From Myxococcota bacterium (GTDB lineage: Bacteria > Myxococcota_A > UBA9042 > PHBI01 > JAWLBL01), in assembly GCA_041687695.1 (NCBI GenBank), contig JAWLBL010000012.1, positions 92,060-156,059 of the forward strand: a stretch of 64,000 nt of DNA, in the 5' to 3' direction. The first letter of the stretch is position 1. Each line of letters begins with the position of its first letter. The position numbers and the translations under genes are program-made. Below, piece by piece: positions 21,001-33,591 of the stretch. The notes beneath the pieces are model-generated. The model did not search any database and was not told where the DNA came from. It saw only the letters and a list, made by a program, of their open reading frames with translations.

Positions 21001-21654
21001 GTGTCGAAATCGGCCGCGAGCCACACTACACTGGGCCCCGTGCCGAGCCGCGACGCGCCCGAGATCCGCTCCGTCCGCGACCTGCGCCGCGCCCAGATCA
21101 TCCGGGCCGCGCGCGAGCTGGTCGCGGACGGGGGCCTGCCCGCCCTGACCTTCGCCGCGCTGGAGGAGCGCCTGAGCTTCACGCGCGGGGTCATCACCTA
21201 CCACTTCCGCAACCGCGACGAGATCGTCGACGCCGTCCTCGACAGCGCCCTCGAGGAGATCGAGCGCGCCCGGCTGATCTCGGTCGCCGAGCGGCTCTCG
21301 TCGGGCGAGAAGGTCGCGGCCGCCATCCGCGCGACCGTCCGCGGCTTCCTGGACCACCCCGAGGCCTCGCGCGTCCTGCTGAGCTTCTGGGCCCGCGTCC
21401 CGGGGGACGCGCGGGCGACCGAGGTCTCGGCGCGGCTGACCGCCCAGTGGCGCGGACAGTGCGCGCGGCTGCTGCGCCGCGGGCAGCAGGACGGCGCCTT
21501 CGATCCCGAGGTCGCCGTCGAGCCGATGGCCGCGCTGATGGTCGGGGTCGTCATCGGGATCGCGACCCAGCACGTCTTCGAGCCCGGCGCCATCGACGCC
21601 GAGGCGGCGATCGACGTGGCCGTCGCGTCGGTGCTGGCGCGCCTCGAGCGCTGA
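21001..21654 (+). CDS. TetR/AcrR family regulator
   Basis: RRAQIIRAARELVADGG..TRGVITYHFRNRDEI helix-turn-helix. Confidence 0.88.
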   Translation: MSKSAASHTTLGPVPSRDAPEIRSVRDLRRAQIIRAARELVADGGLPALTFAALEERLSFTRGVITYHFRNRDEIVDAVLDSALEEIERARLISVAERLSSGEKVAAAIRATVRGFLDHPEASRVLLSFWARVPGDARATEVSARLTAQWRGQCARLLRRGQQDGAFDPEVAVEPMAALMVGVVIGIATQHVFEPGAIDAEAAIDVAVASVLARLER

Positions 21655-21784
21655 GCGCAAGCCATGGCCGATCGCGCCACGCCGCTTGCCGCCGCCCCTG
21701 GGCGCTGCTAACGTCGTCGCCCTCGGGGGTCGGTGTCACACGTGCGCGCGCGGGCAGGGCCCGCAGAATCGCAGGAGAGAACCC

Positions 21785-23554
21785 ATGCACGGCAGCCGAG
21801 TTCAACGTTCCCAGGACGGCGCGACGACGACCGCCCCCGACGGCGCCACCCCCGGGGCCAGCGACCGCGGGCTCAGCAACCAGCTGCGCGGCATGTCCTA
21901 CGCCGAGGGCGCGGCCATGCTGGCACCGCCGCCGGGCACCCACGCGCCGGTCCAGCTCCAGGTCGACGCCAAGCTGCGCAGCGTCGGGCTGAAGGGGCGC
22001 CTGGCCGGCTCCAGCTACGCGCGCCTGTACGACCTGTACGGCAAGTACCAGAAGGAGAAGTCGCCCGAGGGGGCGCAGGCCCTCCTGGCGCAGCTGGACA
22101 CCGCCATCGACGCGTGGCTCGCGGGCCACGACGGCTCGGACAAGGAGGACGCCAAGCGCCTCCCCGGCGTGCAGAACCTGTCGCAGCAGGTCAAGGCGGC
22201 CCTCGCCGGCAGCCCGTCGACCACCGAGACCACGGCCCCGACCGAGACGACGACGGCCCCCACCCAGACGCCGACGACGCCCGAGACGACCCAGACGGCG
22301 CCGACGCCCGAGCCGACGCCGACCGAGACGACCGAGACGAGCGGCCCGCCGGCCCCGACCGACGCCCCGCCCGCGCCGGTCGACCCCATCCTGGCGCGCC
22401 TGGCGGACCCGACGCAGGTCCTGACGGTCAACGAGCTGAAGACGCTGAACGCCACCCAGCTCCTGAGCTACCTCGACACCCGCGACAAGGGGACGGTCGA
22501 GGCGCTGCGCAACAACAACAAGTTCATCACGCACGCCGAGAGCCTGGGCGCGCCGACCTTCGCGCAGGTGACGGTCCGCATCCTGCTGCGCACGCCCGAC
22601 TCGGTCGTCAACCGCGGCGCCTCGCGCGACGAGGCCATCCGCATCATGACGAGCCAGCTGCGCGACCCCGAGATCTGCAAGCGCCTGCTGAGGAACTCGG
22701 CCTGGGTGGTCATCGTCCCCAAGAACAAGCTGATGACCGAGCTTCCCGAGTTCGCGCAGTGGGCGGGGACCTACACCTTCGACGGGCGCCCCTGGGACAT
22801 CACGCGCGGCATGGGCTCGTTCACGGCCGGGAACGCGACCGCCATCGCTGAGGAGAACCTGCTGGGCGAGGGGGTCGCCGACGGCATCGGGCGGCGCGGC
22901 TGGACAAGCCAGGCGGCCCAGGACACTGCGCTCGCCAACGGCAACACCGAGCTGAACGAGGCCGGCAAGGCGGGGCCCAAGTCCGACGACCCGAACACGC
23001 GCGTGATGAACCCGGGCGTGTACTGCAGCGGCTACTCGACCACCAACCACGAGTTCTTCCACACGATCCACGGCCTGGGCCTCAGCCGTCAGGACCAGCG
23101 GCTCATCCAGCAGGCCTACGACGCCAAGAAGAGCACGCCGCCCGAGACCGAGTGGGCCGACGGGCCGCGCCAGAACCAGACCGGCTCCTTCAGCGAGAAC
23201 TACGCGTCGTCGACGGTCTACGAGTACTTCGCGCAGACCGGCTGCGCCTTCCAGGGCACCAACCGGGGCACGGACCCGTACACGGGGCGCCCGCGCAACA
23301 ACGGCCGCTCCTGGGTGACCGCGAACGAGCCCGAGCTGGCCGGCCTGCTGGCGCGCGTCTGCTCGGACAGCGAGCTGCAGAACGTCAACCCGCGTGACGC
23401 GCGCACGGCCCCGCCGCCGACCACCGCGCCGCCGGCCCCGACGGCCACGACGACCACGACGACGACCACCACCACGGCGACGGCCCCGTCGACGACGCCT
23501 GGCGCGGCGCCGCCCATCGTCGGCGACAGCGTCGCCTTCATCGGGCAGCGCTGA
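21785..23554 (+). CDS. HExxH zinc metallopeptidase (lethal-factor-like/M90-like domain), candidate effector
   Basis: EENLLG..HEFFH..NYASSTVYEYFAQ; P/T-rich linkers; no Sec signal. Confidence 0.7.
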   Translation: MHGSRVQRSQDGATTTAPDGATPGASDRGLSNQLRGMSYAEGAAMLAPPPGTHAPVQLQVDAKLRSVGLKGRLAGSSYARLYDLYGKYQKEKSPEGAQALLAQLDTAIDAWLAGHDGSDKEDAKRLPGVQNLSQQVKAALAGSPSTTETTAPTETTTAPTQTPTTPETTQTAPTPEPTPTETTETSGPPAPTDAPPAPVDPILARLADPTQVLTVNELKTLNATQLLSYLDTRDKGTVEALRNNNKFITHAESLGAPTFAQVTVRILLRTPDSVVNRGASRDEAIRIMTSQLRDPEICKRLLRNSAWVVIVPKNKLMTELPEFAQWAGTYTFDGRPWDITRGMGSFTAGNATAIAEENLLGEGVADGIGRRGWTSQAAQDTALANGNTELNEAGKAGPKSDDPNTRVMNPGVYCSGYSTTNHEFFHTIHGLGLSRQDQRLIQQAYDAKKSTPPETEWADGPRQNQTGSFSENYASSTVYEYFAQTGCAFQGTNRGTDPYTGRPRNNGRSWVTANEPELAGLLARVCSDSELQNVNPRDARTAPPPTTAPPAPTATTTTTTTTTTATAPSTTPGAAPPIVGDSVAFIGQR

Positions 23555-24084
23555 TGGCCGCCGCCGACGTGAGCGCGACCGCCCGCACCTACCTGGTCTT
23601 CCGCGGCGACGTGTGCGCCCTCGAGATCGCCGGTCGCCCGGGGACGCTGCGCTCGATGGCCGCGCCGCCGCCGGGCTTCCAGCCGCCGACGCACCCGTTC
23701 GTCGACGCCACCTCGCACAACCCGGCGACCGAGCACGCCACGCGCGAGGTGCTGCTGGCCAGCCGCTCGTTCGAGGACTTCCTGACGCGCCTGGTCGAGG
23801 CCGGCTTCGACCTGGCCAGCGGCCACACCGATCGCTGGGACGTCGAGGAGGCGCCGCGCCGCATCGTGCGCGCCGGGCAGGCCGTCGGCGCCGTGTGGCC
23901 CCAGGCGGGCCAGTTCTCGTCGCTGTGGTGGCAGCCGGCCCCTGACGAGGCCGTCTACCCGCACGCGCTGGTGACGTCCTACGACCGCGCGCTGACCGAC
24001 ACCTTGCACGGCATGGTCGCGGCGACGCGCTCGCTGGACGCGCTCGAGGCGGCGCTCGAAGGCCTCGACCTGAAGCTGGTCTGA
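23554..24084 (+). CDS. Hypothetical protein coupled to the peptidase, candidate immunity protein
   Basis: TGATG stop/start overlap; 176 aa, high GC3. Confidence 0.6.
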   Translation: MAAADVSATARTYLVFRGDVCALEIAGRPGTLRSMAAPPPGFQPPTHPFVDATSHNPATEHATREVLLASRSFEDFLTRLVEAGFDLASGHTDRWDVEEAPRRIVRAGQAVGAVWPQAGQFSSLWWQPAPDEAVYPHALVTSYDRALTDTLHGMVAATRSLDALEAALEGLDLKLV

Positions 24085-24106
24085 GGCCCCGAGCGCCGCG
24101 TTCGGC

Positions 24107-25678
<1,572 letters not shown>

Positions 25679-26035
25679 GGGGATTCTCCTGAGGCCTGCG
25701 CGCTGGCGACCGTGCGGCGCGCTTGATGGCCGTGTGCTACGACGAGGGTGTCGAGGGCTCCGTCTGGCCGGCGTCGGCAGTCGCCTGAGGGCGGTTGCCG
25801 CGGATCGGCTGAGACGCGGGCGCGGAAGCGATCTCGTCCCTGGATGGGCGCAGGATACGCTCCGATTTCCAAAAGTCCCGTGATCTTTTCTTCCAGGCGT
25901 ATGCAGCGAGGGAACACGAGGCCGCGCGCGAGGCTTCCTGAGGGGGCGCGCGGGTCCGTCGGGCGGGCCCGGTAGCGCTTGCAGGGCGCGCCGGCTCTGG
26001 TACGGTCCGCGGCCCGGAGCGGGGGAACGAACGCG

Positions 26036-27655
26036 ATGATTCGGCTCGACAACGTCAGCAAGCAACACGGCCAACAGATCCTCTTCATGGACGCCTCGAT
26101 GAGCGTCTTCCGCGGCGAGCGGGTGGGGCTGGTCGGACCCAACGGCGCCGGCAAGTCGACGCTGTTCCGGATGATCGTCCGAGAAGAGGAGCCCGACGCC
26201 GGCCAGGTGGCGATCGACAAGCACGTGACCCTGGGCTACTTCAGCCAGGACACGGGCGAGATGCGCGGGCGCTCGGTGGTCGCCGAGACGATGGCGGGCG
26301 CCGGCGAGGTGGCCGACGTGGCGCGCGAGCTGCACGAGCTGGAGCACGCGCTGGCCGACCCCGCGCGCATGGACGAGCTGGACCAGCTGGTGGCGCGCTA
26401 CGGCGAGGTGCAGGCGCGCTTCGACGAGCTGGACGGGTACGGGCTCGAGGCGCGGGCGCGCGAGATCCTGGCCGGCCTGGGCTTTCGCCCGGAGATGGTG
26501 GACGACGACGTCGGCAAGCTGTCGGGCGGCTGGAAGATGCGCGTCGCGCTGGCGCGCATCCTGCTGATGCGGCCCGACGCGCTGCTGCTCGACGAGCCGA
26601 CCAACCACCTGGACATCGAGTCCATCGTGTGGCTCGAGCGGTTCTTGAGAGACTTCCAGGGCGCCATCATCCTGGTCAGCCACGACCGCGAGCTGGTGAA
26701 CCGGCTGGTGACCAAGATCGTCGAGATCGACGGCGGCGAGCTGACGACCTACTCGGGCAACTACGACTTCTACGAGCAGCAGCGCGAGCTGGCGATGCAG
26801 CAGCAGGAGGCGCAGTACGCGCGGCAGCAGGCGATGCTGGCCAAGGAGGAGGCGTTCATCGCGCGCTTCAAGGCGCGGGCCAGCCACGGCTCGCAGGTGC
26901 AGTCGCGCGTGAAGAAGCTCGAGAAGATCGACCGGGTCGAGCCGCCGCGGCGGCGCAAGGTCATCCACATCGCGCTGCGCAAGCCCCCGCGGTCGGGCGA
27001 GGACGTGGCGCGCCTCGCGGGCGCCAGCAAGCGCTACGGCGCCAACGTCGTGCACGACGGGCTGGACTTCCACGTGCGGCGCGGCGAGCGCTGGTGCGTG
27101 ATGGGCATCAACGGCGCCGGCAAGTCGACGCTGCTCAAGCTGGTGACCGGCGCGGTCGCGCCCGACGACGGCGAGGCCCAGGTCGGCGCCAGCGTGAAGC
27201 TGGGCTACTTCGCGCAGCACGCCATGGAGATCCTCGACGGCCCGCAGTCGGTCCTCGACACGATGATCGAGGCCTTCCCGATGTCGACCCAGAGCTCGCT
27301 GCGGACCTTCCTGGGCACCTTCGGCTTCTCGGGCGACGACGTCGACAAGCGCTGCGAGTGGCTGTCGGGCGGCGAGAAGGCGCGCCTCGTGCTCGCGCGC
27401 ATGCTGTTCGACCCGCCGAACTTCCTGGTGCTCGACGAGCCGACCAACCACCTGGATCTCGACACCAAGGAGCGCCTCGTCGCGGCCCTGGCCGACTTCG
27501 ACGGGACCATGCTCTTCGTCTCCCACGACCGTCAGTTCCTGCGCGCCGTCAGCAACCGCGTCCTCGAGCTGGGCGCCGACGGCCCGCGCCGCTTCGACGG
27601 CGGCTACGCCGAGTACGTCGTCGCCACCGGCCACGAGGCGCCCGGCGTCAGCTGA
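26036..27655 (+). CDS. ABC-F family ATP-binding protein
   Basis: Two NBDs ([26 protein letters not shown] twice); no TM segments. Confidence 0.92.
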   Translation: MIRLDNVSKQHGQQILFMDASMSVFRGERVGLVGPNGAGKSTLFRMIVREEEPDAGQVAIDKHVTLGYFSQDTGEMRGRSVVAETMAGAGEVADVARELHELEHALADPARMDELDQLVARYGEVQARFDELDGYGLEARAREILAGLGFRPEMVDDDVGKLSGGWKMRVALARILLMRPDALLLDEPTNHLDIESIVWLERFLRDFQGAIILVSHDRELVNRLVTKIVEIDGGELTTYSGNYDFYEQQRELAMQQQEAQYARQQAMLAKEEAFIARFKARASHGSQVQSRVKKLEKIDRVEPPRRRKVIHIALRKPPRSGEDVARLAGASKRYGANVVHDGLDFHVRRGERWCVMGINGAGKSTLLKLVTGAVAPDDGEAQVGASVKLGYFAQHAMEILDGPQSVLDTMIEAFPMSTQSSLRTFLGTFGFSGDDVDKRCEWLSGGEKARLVLARMLFDPPNFLVLDEPTNHLDLDTKERLVAALADFDGTMLFVSHDRQFLRAVSNRVLELGADGPRRFDGGYAEYVVATGHEAPGVS

Positions 27656-27696
27656 CCGGCCGCCTCACCCTGCCCCATCGCCCCGGAGCGCCCGCC

Positions 27697-28209
27697 ATGG
27701 CCAACCCGATCGCCCTGTTCGAGACCTCGCTCGGCACCTTCACCGCCGAGATCTACCTCGACAAGATGCCGCTCACGGCCGGCAACTTCCTTCGCCTGGC
27801 CAAGGAAGGCTTCTTCGACGGCCTGCACTTCCACCGCGTCATCAAGGGCTTCATGGTCCAGTTCGGCTGCCCGTTCAGCCGCGACCCCAAGGACCCGCGC
27901 TGCGGCACGGGCGACCCGCCGTCGGGCACCATCAAGGACGAGTTCACCGCCCGCCTGTCGAACACGACCGGCACGCTGTCGATGGCGAACACCGGCGCCC
28001 CGAACTCGGGCGGCAGCCAGTTCTTCATCAACACGACCAACAACCCCTTCCTGGACCACTTCTCCCCGGGCGCCTCGCGTCACCCGGTCTTCGGCAAGGT
28101 GGTCGACGGCCTGGACGTGGTGCGCCAGATCGAGGCGGTCCGCACCGACCGCGACGACAACCCCGTCGTCCCCGTCCAGGTGACCCACGTCACCATCATG
28201 GAGCGCTGA
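27697..28209 (+). CDS. Cyclophilin-type peptidyl-prolyl isomerase
   Basis: [32 protein letters not shown]. Confidence 0.95.
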   Translation: MANPIALFETSLGTFTAEIYLDKMPLTAGNFLRLAKEGFFDGLHFHRVIKGFMVQFGCPFSRDPKDPRCGTGDPPSGTIKDEFTARLSNTTGTLSMANTGAPNSGGSQFFINTTNNPFLDHFSPGASRHPVFGKVVDGLDVVRQIEAVRTDRDDNPVVPVQVTHVTIMER

Positions 28210-28210
28210 C

Positions 28211-29776
28211 ATGCGACGGCTCCCCCTCTCGCTGCTGCTGGCCGCCCTGGCCGTGGGCTGCGGCAAGGACGCGCCCGCCCCCAAGCCGGCGCCCGCGCCC
28301 GCCGAGGCCGACGCCACGCCCGCCGAAGGCAACACCCCACAGGTCGCCGACGCCCGCGTCGACCAGCGCTGGTCGGGCGAGGTCACCCTGCCTGGCGACC
28401 AGACGCTGGCGTTCACGGCGCATCTGCGCGCCGAACCGGGCGAGGCGGCCCGCGGCACCATCGACATCCCGGTCCAGGGCGTGCAGGCGATGGAGCTGCG
28501 CGACGTGAAGGTCACCGGCGACGTCGTGGCCTTCACGCTGGCCACCCCGGGGCCCGAGGCGGGCTGGGCCCACTTCGAGGCGCGCCGCGAGGGCGACGGG
28601 CTGGCCAAGGGCACGCTGAAGCAGGGCCCGGCCACGCTGCCCCTCACCATGCGGACGCTGGCCGACGGCGAGCTGCCGGCGGACGCCCCGCCCCAGACGC
28701 CGCGGCCGCCCTACCCCTACGAGGCGCGCGAGGTCACCGTCCAGAACCCCAACGACCAGGTCACGCTGGCCGGGACGCTGACCATGCCCGAAGGCGACGG
28801 CCCGCATCCGGCCGTCGTGCTGCTGACGGGCTCGGGCCCGCAGGATCGGGACGAGACCCTGTTCGGGCACAAGCCCTTCCTGGTCCTGGCCGACCACCTG
28901 ACGCGGGCCGGCGTCGCCGTGCTGCGCCTGGACGACCGCGGGGTCGGCGGCTCGCAGGGCGACCTGGCCTCGACGCCGCTGGACGTGCTTGCGGCGGACG
29001 CCCGCGCGGCCGTGATGTTCCTGGACGCTCAGCCGGGCATCGACCGGGACGCGGTGGGCCTGCTGGGGCACAGCGAGGGCGGCGCCGTGGCGGCGCTGGC
29101 GGCGTCCGATCTGGCCGAGATCGACTTCGTGGTGATGCTGGCGGGCCCCGCGGTGCCCGGGCGCGAGCTGCTCAGCAGCCAGCTGGCGGCGATGATGCGC
29201 GGGCAGGGCGCCTCGGACGAGGTCGTCGACAAGCACCTGGCGCTTCAGAAGGCGGTGCTGGACGCGCTGGCCGACGGCAAGGACGCGGCGACGCTGCGCG
29301 CGGCGGTCGACGCGCTGGTCGAGGCGCAGGTGACCGACTCGCCGAACGCGGCGCAGATCCCGCCCGAGGCCCGCAAGGAGCTGGTGGACGCCCACGCGGC
29401 GGCGGTCAGCTCCGAGGCGTTCCGCAGCGTCGCGATGCACGACCCGACCGAGTCGCTCGAGCGGCTGAAGGTCCCGGTGCTGGCCCTTTTCGGCGCCAAG
29501 GACATCCAGGTGCCGGCCGAGGCCAACGCCAAGGCGCTGCGCGAGCTGCTCGAGGCCGCGGAGCACACGGACTTCACGATCGAGATCGTCGAGGGGGCCA
29601 ACCACCTCTTCCAGACGGCCGAGACCGGCGGCGTCGACGAGTACGCCCGGCTGAAGGAGACGCTCAAGCCCGAGGTGCTCGAGCGCGTCACCCAGTGGAT
29701 CACGGCCCGCGCCAAGGGGTCGGCCAAGGGTGGCGGCGCCGGCGAGGCGATGGAGACCGAGGCGGCGACGCCCTGA
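28211..29776 (+). CDS. Alpha/beta hydrolase lipoprotein
   Basis: Lipobox AVGC; GSGPQDRD, DDRGVG, GHSEG, KDIQV, ANHLFQ. Confidence 0.9.
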   Translation: MRRLPLSLLLAALAVGCGKDAPAPKPAPAPAEADATPAEGNTPQVADARVDQRWSGEVTLPGDQTLAFTAHLRAEPGEAARGTIDIPVQGVQAMELRDVKVTGDVVAFTLATPGPEAGWAHFEARREGDGLAKGTLKQGPATLPLTMRTLADGELPADAPPQTPRPPYPYEAREVTVQNPNDQVTLAGTLTMPEGDGPHPAVVLLTGSGPQDRDETLFGHKPFLVLADHLTRAGVAVLRLDDRGVGGSQGDLASTPLDVLAADARAAVMFLDAQPGIDRDAVGLLGHSEGGAVAALAASDLAEIDFVVMLAGPAVPGRELLSSQLAAMMRGQGASDEVVDKHLALQKAVLDALADGKDAATLRAAVDALVEAQVTDSPNAAQIPPEARKELVDAHAAAVSSEAFRSVAMHDPTESLERLKVPVLALFGAKDIQVPAEANAKALRELLEAAEHTDFTIEIVEGANHLFQTAETGGVDEYARLKETLKPEVLERVTQWITARAKGSAKGGGAGEAMETEAATP

Positions 29777-29853
29777 CCCGCCGTCATGACGTGACCGAGA
29801 CGGATCTCTGGAGGACGCTGGCGTAGACTGCTCAGCGTCCTCCGGAGGTCCCC

Positions 29854-30303
29854 ATGTCCGAGCCTGCTCCCCGCTCGCCCCACGGCTTCACGCGTTTTCT
29901 GGCCCTGGCCTTCGCGCTGGCGGCCGGGGCCACCGCCGTCTGGTACGCCCAACGTACCGCGCCCCCGCCCACTCCAGCGCAGGCGCCTGCTCCTACGGCG
30001 GTCCCCGCCGCCGAGCGTGGCAGCGATCCCGTCCCCGTCCCCGCGCCGACTGCGCCGGACCCCGAGACCGCCCAGCCGCCAGGCGGGGTCGCCGTCGACC
30101 AGGCGCCGCCCACGCCGCCGCCGGTCCCGCCGCAAGAGCCGCCCGAGCTGCCCGGGCCCGACCTCGAGCGCGCGATCTACTTCTCGACCAGCAAGTCCTT
30201 GCGGCCCTTCCCGCCCCCCGAGGACGACCCGCCGGCCCCGCCCGAGCAGCAGCAACAGCAGCGACCGAGGCCGGCTCCCCAGGCGACCCCGACGAACCGC
30301 TGA
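29854..30303 (+). CDS. Pro-rich membrane-anchored hypothetical protein
   Basis: GGAGG SD; N-terminal TM; coupled to the next gene. Confidence 0.6.
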   Translation: MSEPAPRSPHGFTRFLALAFALAAGATAVWYAQRTAPPPTPAQAPAPTAVPAAERGSDPVPVPAPTAPDPETAQPPGGVAVDQAPPTPPPVPPQEPPELPGPDLERAIYFSTSKSLRPFPPPEDDPPAPPEQQQQQRPRPAPQATPTNR

Positions 30304-31178
30304 TGAGCGGGACCGAGGCCGTGATGGCGGCCGTGACCCTGGCCTTCCTGGCGCTGGTCTTCGTCCCGCTCGAGCGCACCTGGTCGGCGCGCCGCCAGCG
30401 CGTCCTGCGGCCGGCCTTCGGGACCGATCTCCTCTTCTTCGCGGGGCAGGCGATCCTGTGGAACGGGTTGGCCTTCGGCGCGCTCGGGCTGCTGGACCGG
30501 TCCGTGCGCGACGTCCTCCCGGCCGACCTGCGCCTGGCCGTGGCCGACCTCCCGCTGTGGGGCCAGGTCGCCCTGGTCGTCCTGCTCGGCGACCTGACCA
30601 TCTACTGGGGTCACCGCCTGTCGCACCGGATCCCGCTGCTGTGGCGCTTCCACAAGGTCCACCACACCGCCGAGCACCTCGACTGGATGGCCGCCTACCG
30701 CGAGCACCCGCTCGACGGCCTGTTCACGGTCACGCTCGAGAACCTGCCCGCCATGGCCCTCGGGTTCCCGCTCGAGGTCATCGCCGGCTTCGTCGCCTTC
30801 CGCGGACTGTGGGCCGTGCTCATCCACGCCAACGTCCGCCTGCCCCTCGGGCCGCTGAAGGTCGTACTGGGCTCGCCCGAGCTGCACCACTGGCACCACG
30901 ACCTCGCCCGCGGCGGCCGCTGCAACTTCGCCAACCTCAGCCCGCTGATGGACGTCGTGTTCGGCACCTACTACGCGCCGCCCGACGCCTCGCCCGCGCG
31001 CTTCGGCGTCACCGAGCCCGGTCCGCGCTCGTACCTGGGCCAGCTCGGCGCCCCGCTGCTGCCCCGCCGCCTGGCGCGCCGCCTGGGTTTCGACGCCGCC
31101 CTGGCGCCGCCCTCGACCGCCGACGCCCCCCTGCCCTACCCTGCGCGCGTCCCCCCCATCACGAGGTCCGAGCCATGA
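30303..31178 (+). CDS. Sterol desaturase / fatty acid hydroxylase family protein
   Basis: His boxes HRLSH, HKVHH, HAN, HHWHH. Confidence 0.9.
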   Translation: MSGTEAVMAAVTLAFLALVFVPLERTWSARRQRVLRPAFGTDLLFFAGQAILWNGLAFGALGLLDRSVRDVLPADLRLAVADLPLWGQVALVVLLGDLTIYWGHRLSHRIPLLWRFHKVHHTAEHLDWMAAYREHPLDGLFTVTLENLPAMALGFPLEVIAGFVAFRGLWAVLIHANVRLPLGPLKVVLGSPELHHWHHDLARGGRCNFANLSPLMDVVFGTYYAPPDASPARFGVTEPGPRSYLGQLGAPLLPRRLARRLGFDAALAPPSTADAPLPYPARVPPITRSEP

Positions 31179-31525
31179 TCAAGGGTGTCCACGCCATGTT
31201 CTACAGCGCGCAGGCCGAAGCGCTGCGCGCCTTCTTGCGCGACAAGCTGGGGCTGTCGGCCACGGACGTGGGCGGCGGCTGGCTGATCTTCGACTTCCAG
31301 CAGGCCGACATGGGCGTCCACCCGACCGACTTCCCGGGCAGCCCGCCCAGCGGCACGCACAACGTGTCCTTCTTCTGCGACGACCTCGAGGCCACCGTGG
31401 CCGAGCTGCGCGGGCGCGGCGTCACCTTCGACGACGACATCACCGACCAGGGCTACGGGCGGACCATCCACTTCACCATGCCCGGCGACGTGAAGGTCGA
31501 GCTGTACCAGCCCCTGTACAAGTAG
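31175..31525 (+). CDS. VOC/glyoxalase family protein
   Basis: RAFLRDKLGL..FFCDDLEATVAELRGRGV..DQGYG..VELYQP. Confidence 0.85.
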   Translation: MIKGVHAMFYSAQAEALRAFLRDKLGLSATDVGGGWLIFDFQQADMGVHPTDFPGSPPSGTHNVSFFCDDLEATVAELRGRGVTFDDDITDQGYGRTIHFTMPGDVKVELYQPLYK

Positions 31526-31532
31526 GGCCCGT

Positions 31533-31937
31533 TCACGCCGCGGCGCCGCCGCATGCGCGTCGCAGCGCGCCGAGCAGCGCCTCGAGTCCGAACGGCATGA
31601 GCAGGATTTCCGGTAAACTCGACCGGTCCACGCCCGCGGGCAGCGGCCGGCGGCTGGCCAGCAGCAAGCACCCGGCGCCGGGCCAGCGTGCCCTGGCGGC
31701 GGCCACGAGGACGAGCGAGGCCTGAAGGTCGACCCCCCCGACCACGATGACCGCATCGGCCGCGGGGTCGCGCGCTGGCGGGCCCGAGGCCGTCGGCGTG
31801 AGCCCTTCGAGGCGCTCGACCTCGTGGCCCTCGTCGCGCAGCACCTCGTCCAGGACGTCGTCGTCGGGACGGGGCTCGGCATGGATGATGACGATCCGCA
31901 AAGCGCGCCTCTCGGTGGCGAGGAGGTCACGCTGCAA
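31533..31937 (-). CDS. Degenerate receiver-like protein
   Basis: REC-like pattern (LRDEGHEV..DAVIV..LLLAS..MPF..LL), lacking the phospho-Asp and Lys. Confidence 0.45.
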   Translation of the reverse strand: MQRDLLATERRALRIVIIHAEPRPDDDVLDEVLRDEGHEVERLEGLTPTASGPPARDPAADAVIVVGGVDLQASLVLVAAARARWPGAGCLLLASRRPLPAGVDRSSLPEILLMPFGLEALLGALRRACGGAAA

Positions 31938-31972
31938 TCGCCGTGCCGCGGATCGCGCAGGGGCCAGAACGC

Positions 31973-32011
31973 ACGAAGGCCCCCGGCGCGCGCGGCGACG
32001 AGGGCCTTCGT
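31973..32011 (-). terminator. Hairpin downstream of the RRM gene
   Basis: ACGAAGGCCC/GGGCCTTCGT 10-bp stem. Confidence 0.55.
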
Positions 32012-32029
32012 AGGATCGTCGGGATGGGA

Positions 32030-32485
32030 CTAGTAGTCGCCGCCGCCGCCGTAGCCGCCACGGCCGCCGCGACCGCCGCCGCCGCCGCCGCCACGGCCAC
32101 CGCGGCCACCGCCGCCGCCGCCGTAACCGCCGCCGCCGCCGCCGTAGCCGCCGCCGCCGCCGCCGTAGCCGCCGCCGCCGCCGCCGTAGCCGCCGCCGCC
32201 GTAGCCGCCACGGCCGCCGCCGCCGCCGCCGCTGCGCTCACGCTCCTGGGCCTCGTTCACCTTGATGGTGCGCCCGTCGAGCATCTGCCCGTCCATGCTG
32301 GAGATGGCGGACTGGGCGTCCTCGTCGTTGGCGAAGGTGACGAAGCCGAACCCGCGGCTGCGGCCGGTCTCGCGATCGGTGATGACCTTCGCGTCGGTGA
32401 CCTCACCGAACTCCTCGAACGCGTTGCGTAGGGAGTGATCGTCCGTGCCCCAGCTGAGCCCACCCACAAAGAGCTTCTTGGCCAT
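32030..32485 (-). CDS. Glycine-rich RRM RNA-binding protein
   Basis: RNP2 LFVGGL, RNP1 RGFGFVTF, GGGY/RGG tail. Confidence 0.95.
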   Translation of the reverse strand: MAKKLFVGGLSWGTDDHSLRNAFEEFGEVTDAKVITDRETGRSRGFGFVTFANDEDAQSAISSMDGQMLDGRTIKVNEAQERERSGGGGGGRGGYGGGGYGGGGGGYGGGGGGYGGGGGGYGGGGGGRGGRGGGGGGGRGGRGGYGGGGDY

Positions 32486-32808
32486 TTATCTTCTCGTGTC
32501 GTTTTTCGGCATCGCTCCCGGGGAGACCGTGTCGTGAGGTCTCCCTGAGCGATGGTCGGTTGGCGCCGATGCGCCCCAGTTACCAGTCGCCGGCGCTCGC
32601 GTCGAGCATTGGGCCTCACGAGACCCTACACTTTTGCGTTCGAACGCCGCCTCGGCGCGGCCCGGCTTGCTCGGAGAGTCGGCACTGGTCGCGCCTCGGC
32701 AACGCTCCCGAGCCGATCGCGCGGCGAGTCGGACCCGTTTTCGCGCCGAATACGATCGTGCGGCGCAGGGGCGAGGCCACCGTGGCACCGCGTCAGCGTC
32801 CGACCTCG

Positions 32809-33591
32809 TCAGCGTCCGACCTTGTCCTCCATGCGCTCCATGAACGCCTTCATGAAGTCGATGGGGATGGGGAACAGGGTCGTCGTCATCTGGCCGGCCG
32901 AGATCTCGACCAGGGTCTGCAGGTAACGCAGCTGTAGGCTCATCGGCTCGGCGGCCAGCACGGCGGCGGCCTGGGCGATCTTCTCGGCGGCCTGGAACTC
33001 GCCCTCGGCGGCGATGATTTTGGCCCGCCGCTCGCGCTCGGCCTCGGCCTGCCGGGCCATGATGCGCTGCATCTCGATGGGCAGGTCGACGTGCTTGAGC
33101 TCGACGTTCGACACCTTCACGCCCCAGGGGTCGGTCTGTTGGTCGAGGATGGTCTGGATGAGACCGTTCAAGCGGTCGCGCTTGGACAGGATGTCGTCGA
33201 GCGTGTGCTGGCCGACCACCGAGCGCAGCGTCGTCTGGGCCAGCTCGCTGGTCGCGTACAGGTAGTCCTCGACCTGCAGCACCGCCCGATCGGGGTCGAC
33301 GACGCGGAAGTAGATGACCGCGTTGACCTTCACCGAGACGTTGTCGCCGGTGATGACGTCCTGGGGCGGCACGTCGCGCGCGATGGTGCGCATGTCGACG
33401 ATGACCATGCGGTAGACCGGGAACAGGACCAGGCGCAGGCCCGGCTGCTTGAGGCCGACGTAGCGCCCCAGGAAGAACAGGACGCCGCGCTCGTACTCGC
33501 TGACGATGCGGATGCTGGCGGCGAGCCACAGGACCAGCAGCAGGGCGGCGACGCCGAGGCCGAACGGGAAGCCGAGGTCGGGCATGGTCAT
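32809..33591 (-). CDS. SPFH/stomatin (slipin) family protein
   Basis: [54 protein letters not shown]. Confidence 0.95.
   Translation of the reverse strand: MTMPDLGFPFGLGVAALLLVLWLAASIRIVSEYERGVLFFLGRYVGLKQPGLRLVLFPVYRMVIVDMRTIARDVPPQDVITGDNVSVKVNAVIYFRVVDPDRAVLQVEDYLYATSELAQTTLRSVVGQHTLDDILSKRDRLNGLIQTILDQQTDPWGVKVSNVELKHVDLPIEMQRIMARQAEAERERRAKIIAAEGEFQAAEKIAQAAAVLAAEPMSLQLRYLQTLVEISAGQMTTTLFPIPIDFMKAFMERMEDKVGR

Noticed and set aside
25700..27634. 1175-aa helicase fusion from the ORF track
   Set aside because: The upstream part is the antisense shadow of the ABC-F gene
31927..32431. Poly-Ala ORFs and GCC microsatellite
   Set aside because: These are alternative frames of the Gly-rich tail of the RRM protein
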